From Armatimonadota bacterium (GTDB taxonomy: Bacteria; Armatimonadota; UBA5829; DTLH01): a stretch of DNA of 64,000 nt. Below the pieces are notes generated by a model that was not told where the DNA came from, ran no database searches, and worked only from the letters and a program-made list of their open reading frames with translations. The stretch lies in contig JBBRAE010000008.1 of assembly GCA_038207085.1 (NCBI GenBank), positions 63,743 to 127,742 on the forward strand, read 5' to 3'. Position 1 is the stretch's first letter. Each line of letters begins with the position of its first letter. Shown one piece after another: positions 30,587 through 39,559 of the stretch. The position numbers were made by a program, and so were the translations under genes.

Positions 30587-33500
30587 TTACCTCGACTCCT
30601 GGTTGCAGGCGTCGCATCGCAGACACCTGTTAGCTTCCCTGATCGCGACATCTCGTTCGTAGCCTGTCTCGACTTCGGCGAAGCGGTTTCTCTTCTCGAC
30701 CGAGATACTCGGCATCTCGGCACGCGGTGTCTCGACGATGTCGTCAACGTCTTCGGCGGGCTGCGGGATCACGATGTCCTCGATATCCGAGGGAATCACC
30801 CCGTCGCCTCCAAAGAGCCTGTCGATACCCTGGGCAGCGGTGATACCCGCGCCAATCGCCTCGATAACGGTCGCAGGCCCCGTAACAACATCACCACCGG
30901 CGAATATGCCGTCGGCTGATGTCGCGCCGGTCTGCTTGTCGACCCATATCTTGCCGCGCTTGGTTTCGATGGTGTTGCCACCGAGGAAGTCTAGCTCCGG
31001 CTCTTGGCTGATCGCCGAGATGACGGTGTCGGCAGGGATGTCGATAACTTCGCCCTCGATCGCCTTCGGGCTGCGCCTTCCGCTCTTGTCGAACTCTTTT
31101 AGCTCAAGGAGCTGGCAGCGAAGCGACTTGGCCTTGCCGCCTTCGGCGACGACTTCGGTCGGAAGCACGAGGAACCGAACGACGACCCCTTCAAGCTCCG
31201 CCTCATGTATCTCGTAAGGGTCAGCGGGCATGTCTTCCCTGAGCCTTCTGTAGGCGATGGTGACGTGCTTTGCGCCGAGCCGAAGCGACGTTCTTGCCGC
31301 GTCGATTGCAGCGTTTCCGCCGCCGACTACGACGACGTTTTCGCCCACGGGGATGCTCTCTCCGAGTGCAGCATCGCGCAAGAATTTGATGGAATCATAT
31401 ACACCCTCGGACTCTTCTCCGGGGATTTCAAGGTTCCAGCTCTTGTCTGCGCCGGTTGCGACATAGACCGCGTCAAAGCCGCTTTTTATCGCATCCATTG
31501 TAATCTCTTTGCCGACCCGGGTGTTGCACTTGATCGTAACACCGAGCTCTTCGATGGCTCTTATCTCTTCGCGAAGCACGGCCTTCGGCAGGCGATACTC
31601 GGGGATACCCCAGACGAGCATTCCACCGGCTTCGGGGAGCGCCTCAAATACGGTCGGGGTGTGGCCCATCCGCGCGAGGTGATACGCGGCGGTGAGGCCC
31701 GATGGCCCGCCGCCGATGATCGCGACCTTCTTGCCGGACTTCGTGCCGCGCGTCTTAACCGGCGGCATCTTGGTGTCTTTCATCTCAACGTCGGCGACGT
31801 ATCGCTTCAGGTTTCTGATCGAAAGCGGCTCGTCTATCTGGCTTCTGCGGCACTTATCTTCACAAGGCGCATTGCAGACCCGACCGCAGACCGCGGGAAA
31901 CGGGTTGTGGTCGCGCACGATCCTGAGCGCATCGGAGAAGCGCCTGTTCGAGATAAGCGAGAGATACTTGGGCACACTCGTCCCTGCGGGGCAGGTGTGC
32001 GAGCAGGGTGCCTCAAACATCGCGTTGCAGACGCACGCCGGGCACTTCTTGTCCCTGATATGCGCTTCGTACTCGTGCCTGAAGTATCGCAGTGTCGAAA
32101 GCACGGGGTTCGGAGCAGTCTGACCGAGCCCGCAGAGCGCGGAGTCTTTGATCCGCTCGCCAAGGTCGATCAGAAGCTCGATATCGCCTTCTTTGCCATC
32201 GCCGTGTGCAATTCTGTCCAAGATTTCAAGCATTCTCTTGGTCCCGACGCGGCACGGTGTGCACTTTCCGCAGGACTCGTCCTGGATAAAGTCTAGGAAG
32301 AAGCGCGCAAGGTCGACCATGCACGTGTTCTCATCCATAACGATCAAGCCGCCCGAGCCCATCATCGCGCCAAGCTCGATCAGGCTGTCGTAGTCCATCG
32401 GCACGTTCAGGTGCTCTTTAGGGATGCACCCACCGGAGGGTCCACCGGCCTGCGCCGCTTTGAACTTGCGCCCGCCACGGATTCCGCCGCCGATGTCGTA
32501 GATGATCGTTCCAAGATCGGTCCCCATCGGCACTTCGACGAGCCCCGTGTTGCTGATCGCGCCCGCAAGCGCGAATATCTTGGTGCCCTTGCTCTTTTCG
32601 GTGCCGATTTTGGCGAACTCTTCCGCGCCCATGTTGATGATCATCGCCACGTTTGCGTAGGTTTCGACGTTGTTCAGGACGGTCGGGCTTTCCCAGAGTC
32701 CAGAGACTGCGGGGAACGGAGGTCTGGGCCTCGGCTCGCCGCGCTTGCCCTCTATCGAGGCCATAAGCGCCGTCTCTTCACCGCAGACAAACGCGCCTGC
32801 GCCCATCCTGATATCAAGCTCGAATTTGTGTCCCGTGCCAAGCACGTTGTCACCCAGGAGACCATACTCGCGGGCCTGATCGAGCGCTTGCGAAAGCCTC
32901 TCGATCGCCAACGGATACTCAGCGCGCACGTAGACGTGACCGATCGACGCTCCAATCGCGTACCCCGCGATCAGCATACCTTCGATGATTGCGTGCGGGT
33001 CGCCTTCAAGAAGACTTCTGTCCATAAACGCGCCAGGGTCACCTTCGTCAGCGTTGCAGAGCACGTATTTCTGGTCACCCTTGGACGCAGCCGCAAACTG
33101 CCACTTGCGTCCGGTCGGGAAGCCACCGCCGCCTCGACCTCTAAGGCCGCTTTTGATCATCTCGTGGATGACCTGCTCGGGGGTCATCTCTGTCAGGACC
33201 TTGCCAAGCGCGGAGTAGCCTTCGCGGGCGATATACTCGTCGATATTTGCGGGGTCGATCACACCGCAGTTTCTTAGCACCAGCTTCTTCTGAAGCTGGA
33301 AGAACGGCAGCTCATCGACGCTCCTGAACGACTGCCCGCCTTCCTCGTATGTATGGAGCAAATCCTCGACCACTCGGCCCTTCAGGAGATGCTCCTCGAC
33401 GATTCGGACGGCGTCTTCAGGCTTAAGCTTTGTGTAGAAAACTCCCTCAGGAGCTATCACCATAACAGGGCCGAGGTCGCATGTTCCGATACATCCGGTT

Positions 33501-33643
33501 TGGATGACCTTGATCTCGTCCTGCAGGTTATGTTTTGCTATCTCACTTGTCAGGGCATCGGCAACGGCATGGCATCCAGAGGAGACGCATCCCGCGCCGG
33601 CGCACACCAGCACATGAGACCTATACAGTTTCTCCATAGTCAA
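30587..33643 (-). CDS. hydB: HydB/NuoF-type FMN/NADH subunit fused to a GltD/NfnB-like FAD/NADPH domain
   Basis: N-terminal thioredoxin-like 2Fe-2S; GRGGGGFP, NADEGDPGAFMDR, GAGAFVCGEET and SCGKCTPCR; then APCSHTCP, CGRVCNAPCE, GGGPSGL, GGGNAAID..YRR, FAGGD and EANRCLRC. Confidence 0.9.
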   Translation of the reverse strand: MTMEKLYRSHVLVCAGAGCVSSGCHAVADALTSEIAKHNLQDEIKVIQTGCIGTCDLGPVMVIAPEGVFYTKLKPEDAVRIVEEHLLKGRVVEDLLHTYEEGGQSFRSVDELPFFQLQKKLVLRNCGVIDPANIDEYIAREGYSALGKVLTEMTPEQVIHEMIKSGLRGRGGGGFPTGRKWQFAAASKGDQKYVLCNADEGDPGAFMDRSLLEGDPHAIIEGMLIAGYAIGASIGHVYVRAEYPLAIERLSQALDQAREYGLLGDNVLGTGHKFELDIRMGAGAFVCGEETALMASIEGKRGEPRPRPPFPAVSGLWESPTVLNNVETYANVAMIINMGAEEFAKIGTEKSKGTKIFALAGAISNTGLVEVPMGTDLGTIIYDIGGGIRGGRKFKAAQAGGPSGGCIPKEHLNVPMDYDSLIELGAMMGSGGLIVMDENTCMVDLARFFLDFIQDESCGKCTPCRVGTKRMLEILDRIAHGDGKEGDIELLIDLGERIKDSALCGLGQTAPNPVLSTLRYFRHEYEAHIRDKKCPACVCNAMFEAPCSHTCPAGTSVPKYLSLISNRRFSDALRIVRDHNPFPAVCGRVCNAPCEDKCRRSQIDEPLSIRNLKRYVADVEMKDTKMPPVKTRGTKSGKKVAIIGGGPSGLTAAYHLARMGHTPTVFEALPEAGGMLVWGIPEYRLPKAVLREEIRAIEELGVTIKCNTRVGKEITMDAIKSGFDAVYVATGADKSWNLEIPGEESEGVYDSIKFLRDAALGESIPVGENVVVVGGGNAAIDAARTSLRLGAKHVTIAYRRLREDMPADPYEIHEAELEGVVVRFLVLPTEVVAEGGKAKSLRCQLLELKEFDKSGRRSPKAIEGEVIDIPADTVISAISQEPELDFLGGNTIETKRGKIWVDKQTGATSADGIFAGGDVVTGPATVIEAIGAGITAAQGIDRLFGGDGVIPSDIEDIVIPQPAEDVDDIVETPRAEMPSISVEKRNRFAEVETGYERDVAIREANRCLRCDACNQESR

Positions 33644-33683
33644 CTATGTCTCTCCCGTTCGTGAAGACTGCGCAGAGAACTCC

Positions 33684-34214
33684 CTACGCGCCGTTACCTT
33701 TATATTTGGCGACGATGCCAGGAATCTTGTCGAGCTTGACCCTTCGGTAGATATCGGCTCCCACCGTCACTACCGGTGCAAGACCGCAGGCGCCAACGCA
33801 GCGGTTGATTTCGAGCGAGAATTCTCTCTCCTCGGTCGTTCCGCCGACTTGGATCTTGAGCTCCTTTTGAAGCTTCTCAAGTATCTCTTTGCCGCCTCTG
33901 ACATAGCATGCGGTCCCGAGGCACACTCGTATCGTGTGTTTTCCTCGTGGAACCGTGTTGAAGAACGAGTAAAATGTCAGCACTCCGTGGACTTCGGAGA
34001 GCGGGACATCGAGTCCTTCAGCGACTTTAATCTGTACGGCCTCAGGCAGCCATCCAAAGAGCTCCTGCGCCTTGTGCAGCACCTGGATCAGAACACCCTT
34101 CTGTCCCCGGTGCGCCTCGATCATTTCATCGAGTTTGGCATACAGTTCGCGCTCAGTGGCCGCCGCATCTTGAGCAATCTGCTCACAATCACATACGTGC
34201 GTTTGCAACAGCAA
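33684..34214 (-). CDS. hydC: HydC/NuoE-type 2Fe-2S subunit
   Basis: LIQVLHKAQ, TFYSFF, CLGTAC and CVGACGLAP. Confidence 0.93.
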   Translation of the reverse strand: MLLQTHVCDCEQIAQDAAATERELYAKLDEMIEAHRGQKGVLIQVLHKAQELFGWLPEAVQIKVAEGLDVPLSEVHGVLTFYSFFNTVPRGKHTIRVCLGTACYVRGGKEILEKLQKELKIQVGGTTEEREFSLEINRCVGACGLAPVVTVGADIYRRVKLDKIPGIVAKYKGNGA

Positions 34215-34312
34215 TATACCTCCTGGTTATGGTTACAGGTGAGAATAAGTAGCTAGTAGCCAGTGGCTAGTCGCTAGTTGGAATACTGTTGGGCCGGATT
34301 TGCAATCCGGGC

Positions 34313-34396
34313 CCTCTAACCCGCATTATTCACGAGAAGCGTGAATGATGCTCTCTTAGCAAGAGCTTTATTCGCTTCACGAATAAAGCGGGCTAA
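34313..34396 (-). repeat. Double-hairpin intergenic repeat, copy C
   Basis: Reverse-orientation copy GCATTATTCACGAGAAGCGTGAATGATGC...GCTTTATTCGCTTCACGAATAAAGCGGGCTAA; overlaps the TAG stop at 34393. Confidence 0.9.
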
Positions 34397-34755
34397 GATG
34401 TCGCGACCACCCAGTCGCCGATCATCTGGCCGCCGAGCACGTGGCGTTCCACGATGGCTCGGGCTCTTTCGGGCGTGACATAGCCGTAGGTCACGGCTGG
34501 TCCGCCTGCTGTGATGACATCTACCGTCGGTTCTTTTTCACAAAGCCCCTTGCAGCCGGTCTGCGTGACGGTGATGTTGGATATTCCGCGGTTTGCGAGC
34601 TCATCGAGGATCGCGGACATGACTTCTCGAGCTCCCGATGCGATGCCGCAGGTTCCCATCGCGACGACGACCTTGCAAGTCTGTTCGCCATCGCGAACCA
34701 TCATAGCCTGCAGCGCTTCCTCACGGATTTTCTTCAGGTCCTCCAGTGTCTTCAT
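34393..34755 (-). CDS. Thioredoxin-like [2Fe-2S] ferredoxin subunit (HydD/HndB-like)
   Basis: MGTCGIASGA and TGCKGLCEKEP; lies inside the hyd operon. Confidence 0.88.
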   Translation of the reverse strand: MKTLEDLKKIREEALQAMMVRDGEQTCKVVVAMGTCGIASGAREVMSAILDELANRGISNITVTQTGCKGLCEKEPTVDVITAGGPAVTYGYVTPERARAIVERHVLGGQMIGDWVVATS

Positions 34756-34807
34756 TAGACATCCTTTCTCTGGGTTAAGTTATGAGCTATTAGCTATTAG
34801 CTGTTAG

Positions 34808-35356
34808 CTAGGCGATTGCTCCAATATTTGCGATACTTTCGGTAAGATACTCGCGCATCCAGTGGCGAACTTCGGGTGTCTCAATGGGCACCTCGCCTAG
34901 CTCTCGCCTGACGTCGCTTGTATCAAGATTTGCGCTCTTACCATTCACGGTCTGCTCATACTTGAACGATATCGCCGGGTTTGCGACGACAATATCAACC
35001 ACGGTTGTTGCGATATCTCCAAACGGCGCGCGGTCGATGTGTGAGAGCTTGAACTTTACATCAAGCCTCGTCCCATCGCCGACCTTGGACGATATCCGAA
35101 GCGCGCCTTCGCAGGCTTCCGCAGCAGCCGTGAACATTGGAATCCCGAGCCCGACCTTGCGGGTCGTTCGGGTCGTCCAAAACGGGTTCATCGCGTTCTT
35201 GATCGTCTCCGGGCTCATCCCGCGTCCGTTATCGACAATCGAGATCGAAAGCAGATCCCGAACCGTGTCGGCATCCACAATAATCTCAACCCGACCGGCC
35301 CCTGCCGCAATAGAGTTCTGAACAATATCCAATATATGAAGAGAAATCTCACGCAT
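34808..35356 (-). CDS. Stand-alone HATPase (histidine kinase-like ATPase) of hyd operons
   Basis: MREISLHILDIVQNS, DNGRGM, PFWTTRTTRKVGLG and SHIDRAPFGD; start trimmed to ATG 35356. Confidence 0.88.
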   Translation of the reverse strand: MREISLHILDIVQNSIAAGAGRVEIIVDADTVRDLLSISIVDNGRGMSPETIKNAMNPFWTTRTTRKVGLGIPMFTAAAEACEGALRISSKVGDGTRLDVKFKLSHIDRAPFGDIATTVVDIVVANPAISFKYEQTVNGKSANLDTSDVRRELGEVPIETPEVRHWMREYLTESIANIGAIA

Positions 35357-35400
35357 ATTGTTAGCCACCGTTGTTTCGGGGACCCTGTCCCTGAAACGAT

Positions 35401-35435
35401 GATCGTGGGGGATATTCATCCCGCACGAAACAGAA
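35401..35435. repeat. Short palindromic repeat family 2
   Basis: GATCGTGGGGGATATTCATCCCGCACGAAACAGAA; near-identical to 53295-53350. Confidence 0.7.
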
Positions 35436-35570
35436 CAACAAGGACTTAAGTCCGGGAAATCGACTGTAGTCGACTCATCGGGAGTAAACTCCCTTGTTCT
35501 TCTTTGCGTGTGCGATACATATCGCACACGATCACCGCATACAAATCTATCAATACCAACCATTCGCATC

Positions 35571-36320
35571 TCAAACGAACAACTCGCCGACGCATCTTCC
35601 GTCCCGCGCTTCACAAGCCATCCGAATCTCGACGACTGATCTGTGCTCAATATAGAACGTCGTCCTACATATCCCAATGTCAGAGAGTATATGCGCGTCC
35701 GACGAGGTTATCACCGAAAGACTCGCAAGATCGGGATACTTCACCCGCGCCTCGTCGAGCTTCGTCCGCCGAGACACTTCGACCGCAGAAAACTTCGGCT
35801 CCTCCGGCATAAACCCGAGCACTCCAAAGAGCCCGTATCCGGGGCGATCGACATGCGCGGGGATCGCAAACCCCGAGCGCTCACTTACGGCGGCGGCGAT
35901 ATCTTCGATTGTCAAAGAAGTCGGCGCAAGGAGCAATCGCTCGTTGTACCGCACAAACTCCGCATCAGATGTGACCACCATCTGATCGCCGAACTTGCCC
36001 GCCGGGTTCACAAGCGGCGGAAGCGCGCTGTAGACCAACTCCTGCATCGACTCGGCGTCCGCGGCGTCGTCAAACAGGCAGATGATGTGCACGCCTTCGA
36101 CCGATTCGCACTCCATACCAGGCAAAACTTTGAGCGCACTAGACCTTGCGGCTTGAATCACCGCCCGAGTGTTTTCAGCCGAGTTGTGATCGGTGATCGC
36201 GATCATATCGAGCCCTTCGGCGATCGACTTTTCGACGATCAGCCGGGGGATCATCTCGATCTCAGCGCACGGCGACAAAAGCGTATGAATATGCAGGTCC
36301 GCGATGCATTTAACCGGCAT
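35571..36320 (-). CDS. PHP-domain protein (hyd operon associated)
   Basis: DLHIHTLLSPCA, AITDHNS, PAHVDR and SSDAH; start ATG 36320. Confidence 0.9.
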   Translation of the reverse strand: MPVKCIADLHIHTLLSPCAEIEMIPRLIVEKSIAEGLDMIAITDHNSAENTRAVIQAARSSALKVLPGMECESVEGVHIICLFDDAADAESMQELVYSALPPLVNPAGKFGDQMVVTSDAEFVRYNERLLLAPTSLTIEDIAAAVSERSGFAIPAHVDRPGYGLFGVLGFMPEEPKFSAVEVSRRTKLDEARVKYPDLASLSVITSSDAHILSDIGICRTTFYIEHRSVVEIRMACEARDGRCVGELFV

Positions 36321-36654
36321 TTGTCCGGACGCCCATGCTCCAGAGCTTGCCGACGACATCAAACGCAGACTGGTTCGTCGAGTAGAGCGGCACGTTTTCC
36401 TCCCGGGCCTTGTCTATGGTGTCCTGGTCGGGTTCGAGCCCACCCGCGACGATTACACCAGCAAGCCCAAGAAGAGATGCCACTGCTACTACGTTCATAT
36501 GCTTCTGGTTCGTCACCAGGATAAAGCCGGGCTTGGCTTTGGCGAGCACGTCAGAGAGCAGGTCGGAGCAGTATCCGCCGACCACCTGAGCTGAGCCGAG
36601 CTCGTCATTTAGAGGCTTCAGGCTTAGTTCCATCGTCAGTTGTTGAAGTATCAT
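36310..36654 (-). CDS. DRTGG-domain protein
   Basis: GGYCSDLLSDVLA and VTNQKHMNVVAVA. Confidence 0.85.
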   Translation of the reverse strand: MILQQLTMELSLKPLNDELGSAQVVGGYCSDLLSDVLAKAKPGFILVTNQKHMNVVAVASLLGLAGVIVAGGLEPDQDTIDKAREENVPLYSTNQSAFDVVGKLWSMGVRTNAG

Positions 36655-38002
36655 TTTGCTCCGATCCCTTTCTTATCGCTCCCATTGATCCGGGAACCGC
36701 AAGCGCCGCCTGCATCAGTTCCTCAGCCAAGAGCTGGACGCGCTCTCTAAGCTTAAACACGCAGTCAGTCTCAGCCGCAAGCCCGCGCACCACGTCCTCG
36801 GCGAGCGCCCGGCAGTTGGGCGCGCCACACGAGCCGCAGTCGAGCCCCGGCAGGTTCTCGACCATCCGCTCGATAGCCGCGAGCTTCTTGATAGCCTGGC
36901 TCATGTCCTCATCGAGCTTCAGAGTAGGCCTGGGGAATATCGCCTGGTCAAAGTCATAAATCGGCTTGCTTAGGCCGTCTCTGATGAGTCGTTCTTCTTC
37001 ATGAGTCGGCAGCTGGGCGGTCTCATCTGAGGCGAGTATTCTAATGCGCCTGCGCGTGATAAACGAGTTTTCGACCGTCAGCACCCCGCCGACGCACCCG
37101 CCGATGCATGCCTGCGCCTCGATATACTGCATGTCATGGAGCTTGCCGCGCTCGACGTTCTCCAAAATATCAATTACGTTGTGGATGCCATCGACCGCGA
37201 GGTGCTTTTCGACCGCGATCGACTGGTTCTCACCACCCGCGCGCGCCCAACCGATACCCGGCCTCGTCCCGCAGCGAAGCGGCTGCTTGTCGGGGAGATT
37301 CCCTCGCGAGAGCGCTTCCTGGATCATTGGGAAGACTGCCGAAATCGGGATCGCGCCGTCGAGGCACCGGTCGGCAAACCCTGCGGGCTCGTTTACGGCG
37401 CTTACTTTTGCCGGGCAGGGTGTTATAAAGAATACTCCGATATCGGCCTCATCAATTCCCATTTTGACGGAAATCTCTTCGCGGGCAAGCCTTGCGGCGA
37501 TTCTCATAGGGGAGGCGACGGGGGCGATGTGCTCGATCAGGTTGGGAAACCGAACTTGTATAAGTCTGACAACGGCGGGGCAAGCGGACGATATCACTGG
37601 ACGAATCTTTGCGCGCATAATCTGGTGGTGAAGTTTTTCAGCGGCGAGGTGAGCGGCAAAGGCGACGTCGAGGACATCGTCAAACCCGAGGGTAAAGAGC
37701 GCGGCGAGGACTTTCCGTGGGTCGATACCTTCCCAAAACTGCCCGTAAAGCGCGGGGGCGGGGACGGCGACCGTATGCTTGAACCGCTCCATAGATGCGA
37801 GCTGGTCAGCGAGGACGTCTTTGGCATTGTTCGGGCACGTGCGCACGCACTCGCCACAGTCGATGCAACGCTCCTCAAGGATGTTGGCTTTGCCGTCCCT
37901 GACTCGTATCGCCTCAGTAGGGCATCGTTTGATGCAGCTTACGCAGCCTTTACACTTGCTCTCGATCAAATGAACCGAGTGGAAGTAGCGCATAGTCATC
38001 AC
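36605..38002 (-). CDS. [FeFe]-hydrogenase-like Fe-S protein with non-canonical H-cluster motifs (putative sensory)
   Basis: N-terminal 2x[4Fe-4S]; SSACPA, TPCPAK and EAQACIGGCVGG; C-terminal LPGLDCGSCGAPNC. Confidence 0.85.
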   Translation of the reverse strand: MMTMRYFHSVHLIESKCKGCVSCIKRCPTEAIRVRDGKANILEERCIDCGECVRTCPNNAKDVLADQLASMERFKHTVAVPAPALYGQFWEGIDPRKVLAALFTLGFDDVLDVAFAAHLAAEKLHHQIMRAKIRPVISSACPAVVRLIQVRFPNLIEHIAPVASPMRIAARLAREEISVKMGIDEADIGVFFITPCPAKVSAVNEPAGFADRCLDGAIPISAVFPMIQEALSRGNLPDKQPLRCGTRPGIGWARAGGENQSIAVEKHLAVDGIHNVIDILENVERGKLHDMQYIEAQACIGGCVGGVLTVENSFITRRRIRILASDETAQLPTHEEERLIRDGLSKPIYDFDQAIFPRPTLKLDEDMSQAIKKLAAIERMVENLPGLDCGSCGAPNCRALAEDVVRGLAAETDCVFKLRERVQLLAEELMQAALAVPGSMGAIRKGSEQNDTSTTDDGTKPEASK

Positions 38003-38442
38003 CGGTTGAAGAATACCAGTTTCACGGTCGTGCCAGTGCCTGGCACGGAGTCGATCTCAAGCTCGTCGGCACATTCGACCATGTTCGGCAGCCCCATTCC
38101 GGCTCCAAACCCCATCTCTCGCACCTCGTCGCTTGCGGTGGAGAATCCGGGTTTCATAGCAAGGTCGATGTCCGGGATACCCGGCCCTTGGTCTTCAATT
38201 TGAAGTATAACACAATCGGGCCCGGCGTCCAGTGTGATTTTGCCGAGGTGCGCGTGGATAACCACATTCATCTCAGCTTCGTAGCTTGCGACGGCTATCC
38301 GCCGCACAGTGTTGGGGTCGACGCCGATCTGCTGCAGGATGTGTTTTATCCTGCTAGACGCGCCGCCCGCGCCGTTGAAGTCACGTCCCGCCACCTCAAA
38401 AGAGTGCTTGAGTCTGCCATCGGAGGGATCGAGACTTGCCAT
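37999..38442 (-). CDS. Anti-sigma-type Ser/Thr kinase (RsbT/RsbW-like)
   Basis: YEAEMNVVIHA, DQGPGIPD and GFGAGMGLPN. Confidence 0.9.
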   Translation of the reverse strand: MASLDPSDGRLKHSFEVAGRDFNGAGGASSRIKHILQQIGVDPNTVRRIAVASYEAEMNVVIHAHLGKITLDAGPDCVILQIEDQGPGIPDIDLAMKPGFSTASDEVREMGFGAGMGLPNMVECADELEIDSVPGTGTTVKLVFFNR

Positions 38443-38904
38443 TTAGGACTCTCCGTCTGTAAGCGCGCCGGAAGCTCGCTCAAGGTCTTTGCGTCTGATC
38501 TTCGCGCGCTTTTTTGGGGTGTCGGTCGTGCAACCTAGCAGCCCGAGCGAGTAAAGTCTGCCGCAGCTTTCGTAAAGAGGGTAGGGGGAAAGTAAAATTG
38601 GAAGGTTGCGCGATTTCGCGAGTTCGATCGTCGCTTCGTCGGGTCGCTTGTCGCGGACAAAGACGATCGCTTTCAAGTCGAGCATCTCAGCGGTCCTTAC
38701 GACCTGCTGATTTGTGAGGCCCGTGAGTAGCACCGACCCCGGCTGAGTGAACGCGAGCACGTCACTCATCAGGTCGCAGCCGCAGGCCGTCCTGATCTCA
38801 TCCTGGAGCTTGTCTTCGCCGCCGATGACTTCAGCTTCAAGAGTGTTGCAGACTTCTTGGAGTGTAATTTTGCGTTCGGTTTTCTTGCCGACGTTTTCGT
38901 TCAT
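38443..38904 (-). CDS. DRTGG-domain protein (first gene of the hyd operon)
   Basis: CDLMSDVLAF and LLTGLTNQQVVRTAEM. Confidence 0.85.
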   Translation of the reverse strand: MNENVGKKTERKITLQEVCNTLEAEVIGGEDKLQDEIRTACGCDLMSDVLAFTQPGSVLLTGLTNQQVVRTAEMLDLKAIVFVRDKRPDEATIELAKSRNLPILLSPYPLYESCGRLYSLGLLGCTTDTPKKRAKIRRKDLERASGALTDGES

Positions 38905-39006
38905 ACTCCTGATGCTCCCGCTCGCCCTAAGAATAAGACCGGTTCCTTAAGCTTGGAAACACAAGCCTTAAGCTCGCGCCACACCCTCGTCATCCCTTCG
39001 GCAAGA

Positions 39007-39024
39007 TCGTGAGATTTTTCACAA
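39007..39024. promoter_or_regulatory. Rex-like operator
   Basis: TTGTGAAAAATCTCACGA (minus strand) versus the Rex consensus TTGTGAANNNNTTCACAA. Confidence 0.65.
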
Positions 39025-39121
39025 GCCAATGCTAGAAAAAAGGGGCCTCAGAACGGCCACCGTTTGCCTTGGGATACAACAAGGGTTGACGAAATCGCCA
39101 TCAGCGACTCCGTACACACTC

Positions 39122-39151
39122 AGTATACTGCCCCTCCGCCACGTTTGTCAA
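39122..39151 (-). promoter_or_regulatory. sigma70-type promoter of the hyd operon
   Basis: TTGACA-N18-TATACT on the minus strand. Confidence 0.7.
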
Positions 39152-39168
39152 CGACTTGAGTCAGCGTC

Positions 39169-39186
39169 TGGTGAAAAGAGTCACGA
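39169..39186. promoter_or_regulatory. Second, weaker Rex-like operator
   Basis: TGGTGAAAAGAGTCACGA, just upstream of the -35 box. Confidence 0.45.
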
Positions 39187-39559
39187 GAGTGTGGGGCATC
39201 TACTATTGGATATATCGTAGCTTCACCTAAAGCACATTTACCTCAGCTTAAGCTCGGCCTGATACTCGCTGTTCTGCAGGCGTTTTACGTGCAGCTTTCC
39301 TATATAAAGCTCTGGGAGCTCTACGACAGCGAGTCAGGGTTCGCCGAGCCGACAATCAAGGAGCCTGTTCCACGCTGACAGAATCGACGGCTCCTGCAAT
39401 CGTCCTGCTGCGTCTCCGCCTGATAAAATACTACTTGGCGTCTCCCTGCTTTTTGTGTAATATGAAGCTGATCACTTCGACGGCGCTATGCGCGCTGTCT
39501 CTTAAGGGCTGGCGCGGATAGCGCCACCGGTTTGAGCACGCAATACAAGGAGATTCCCT

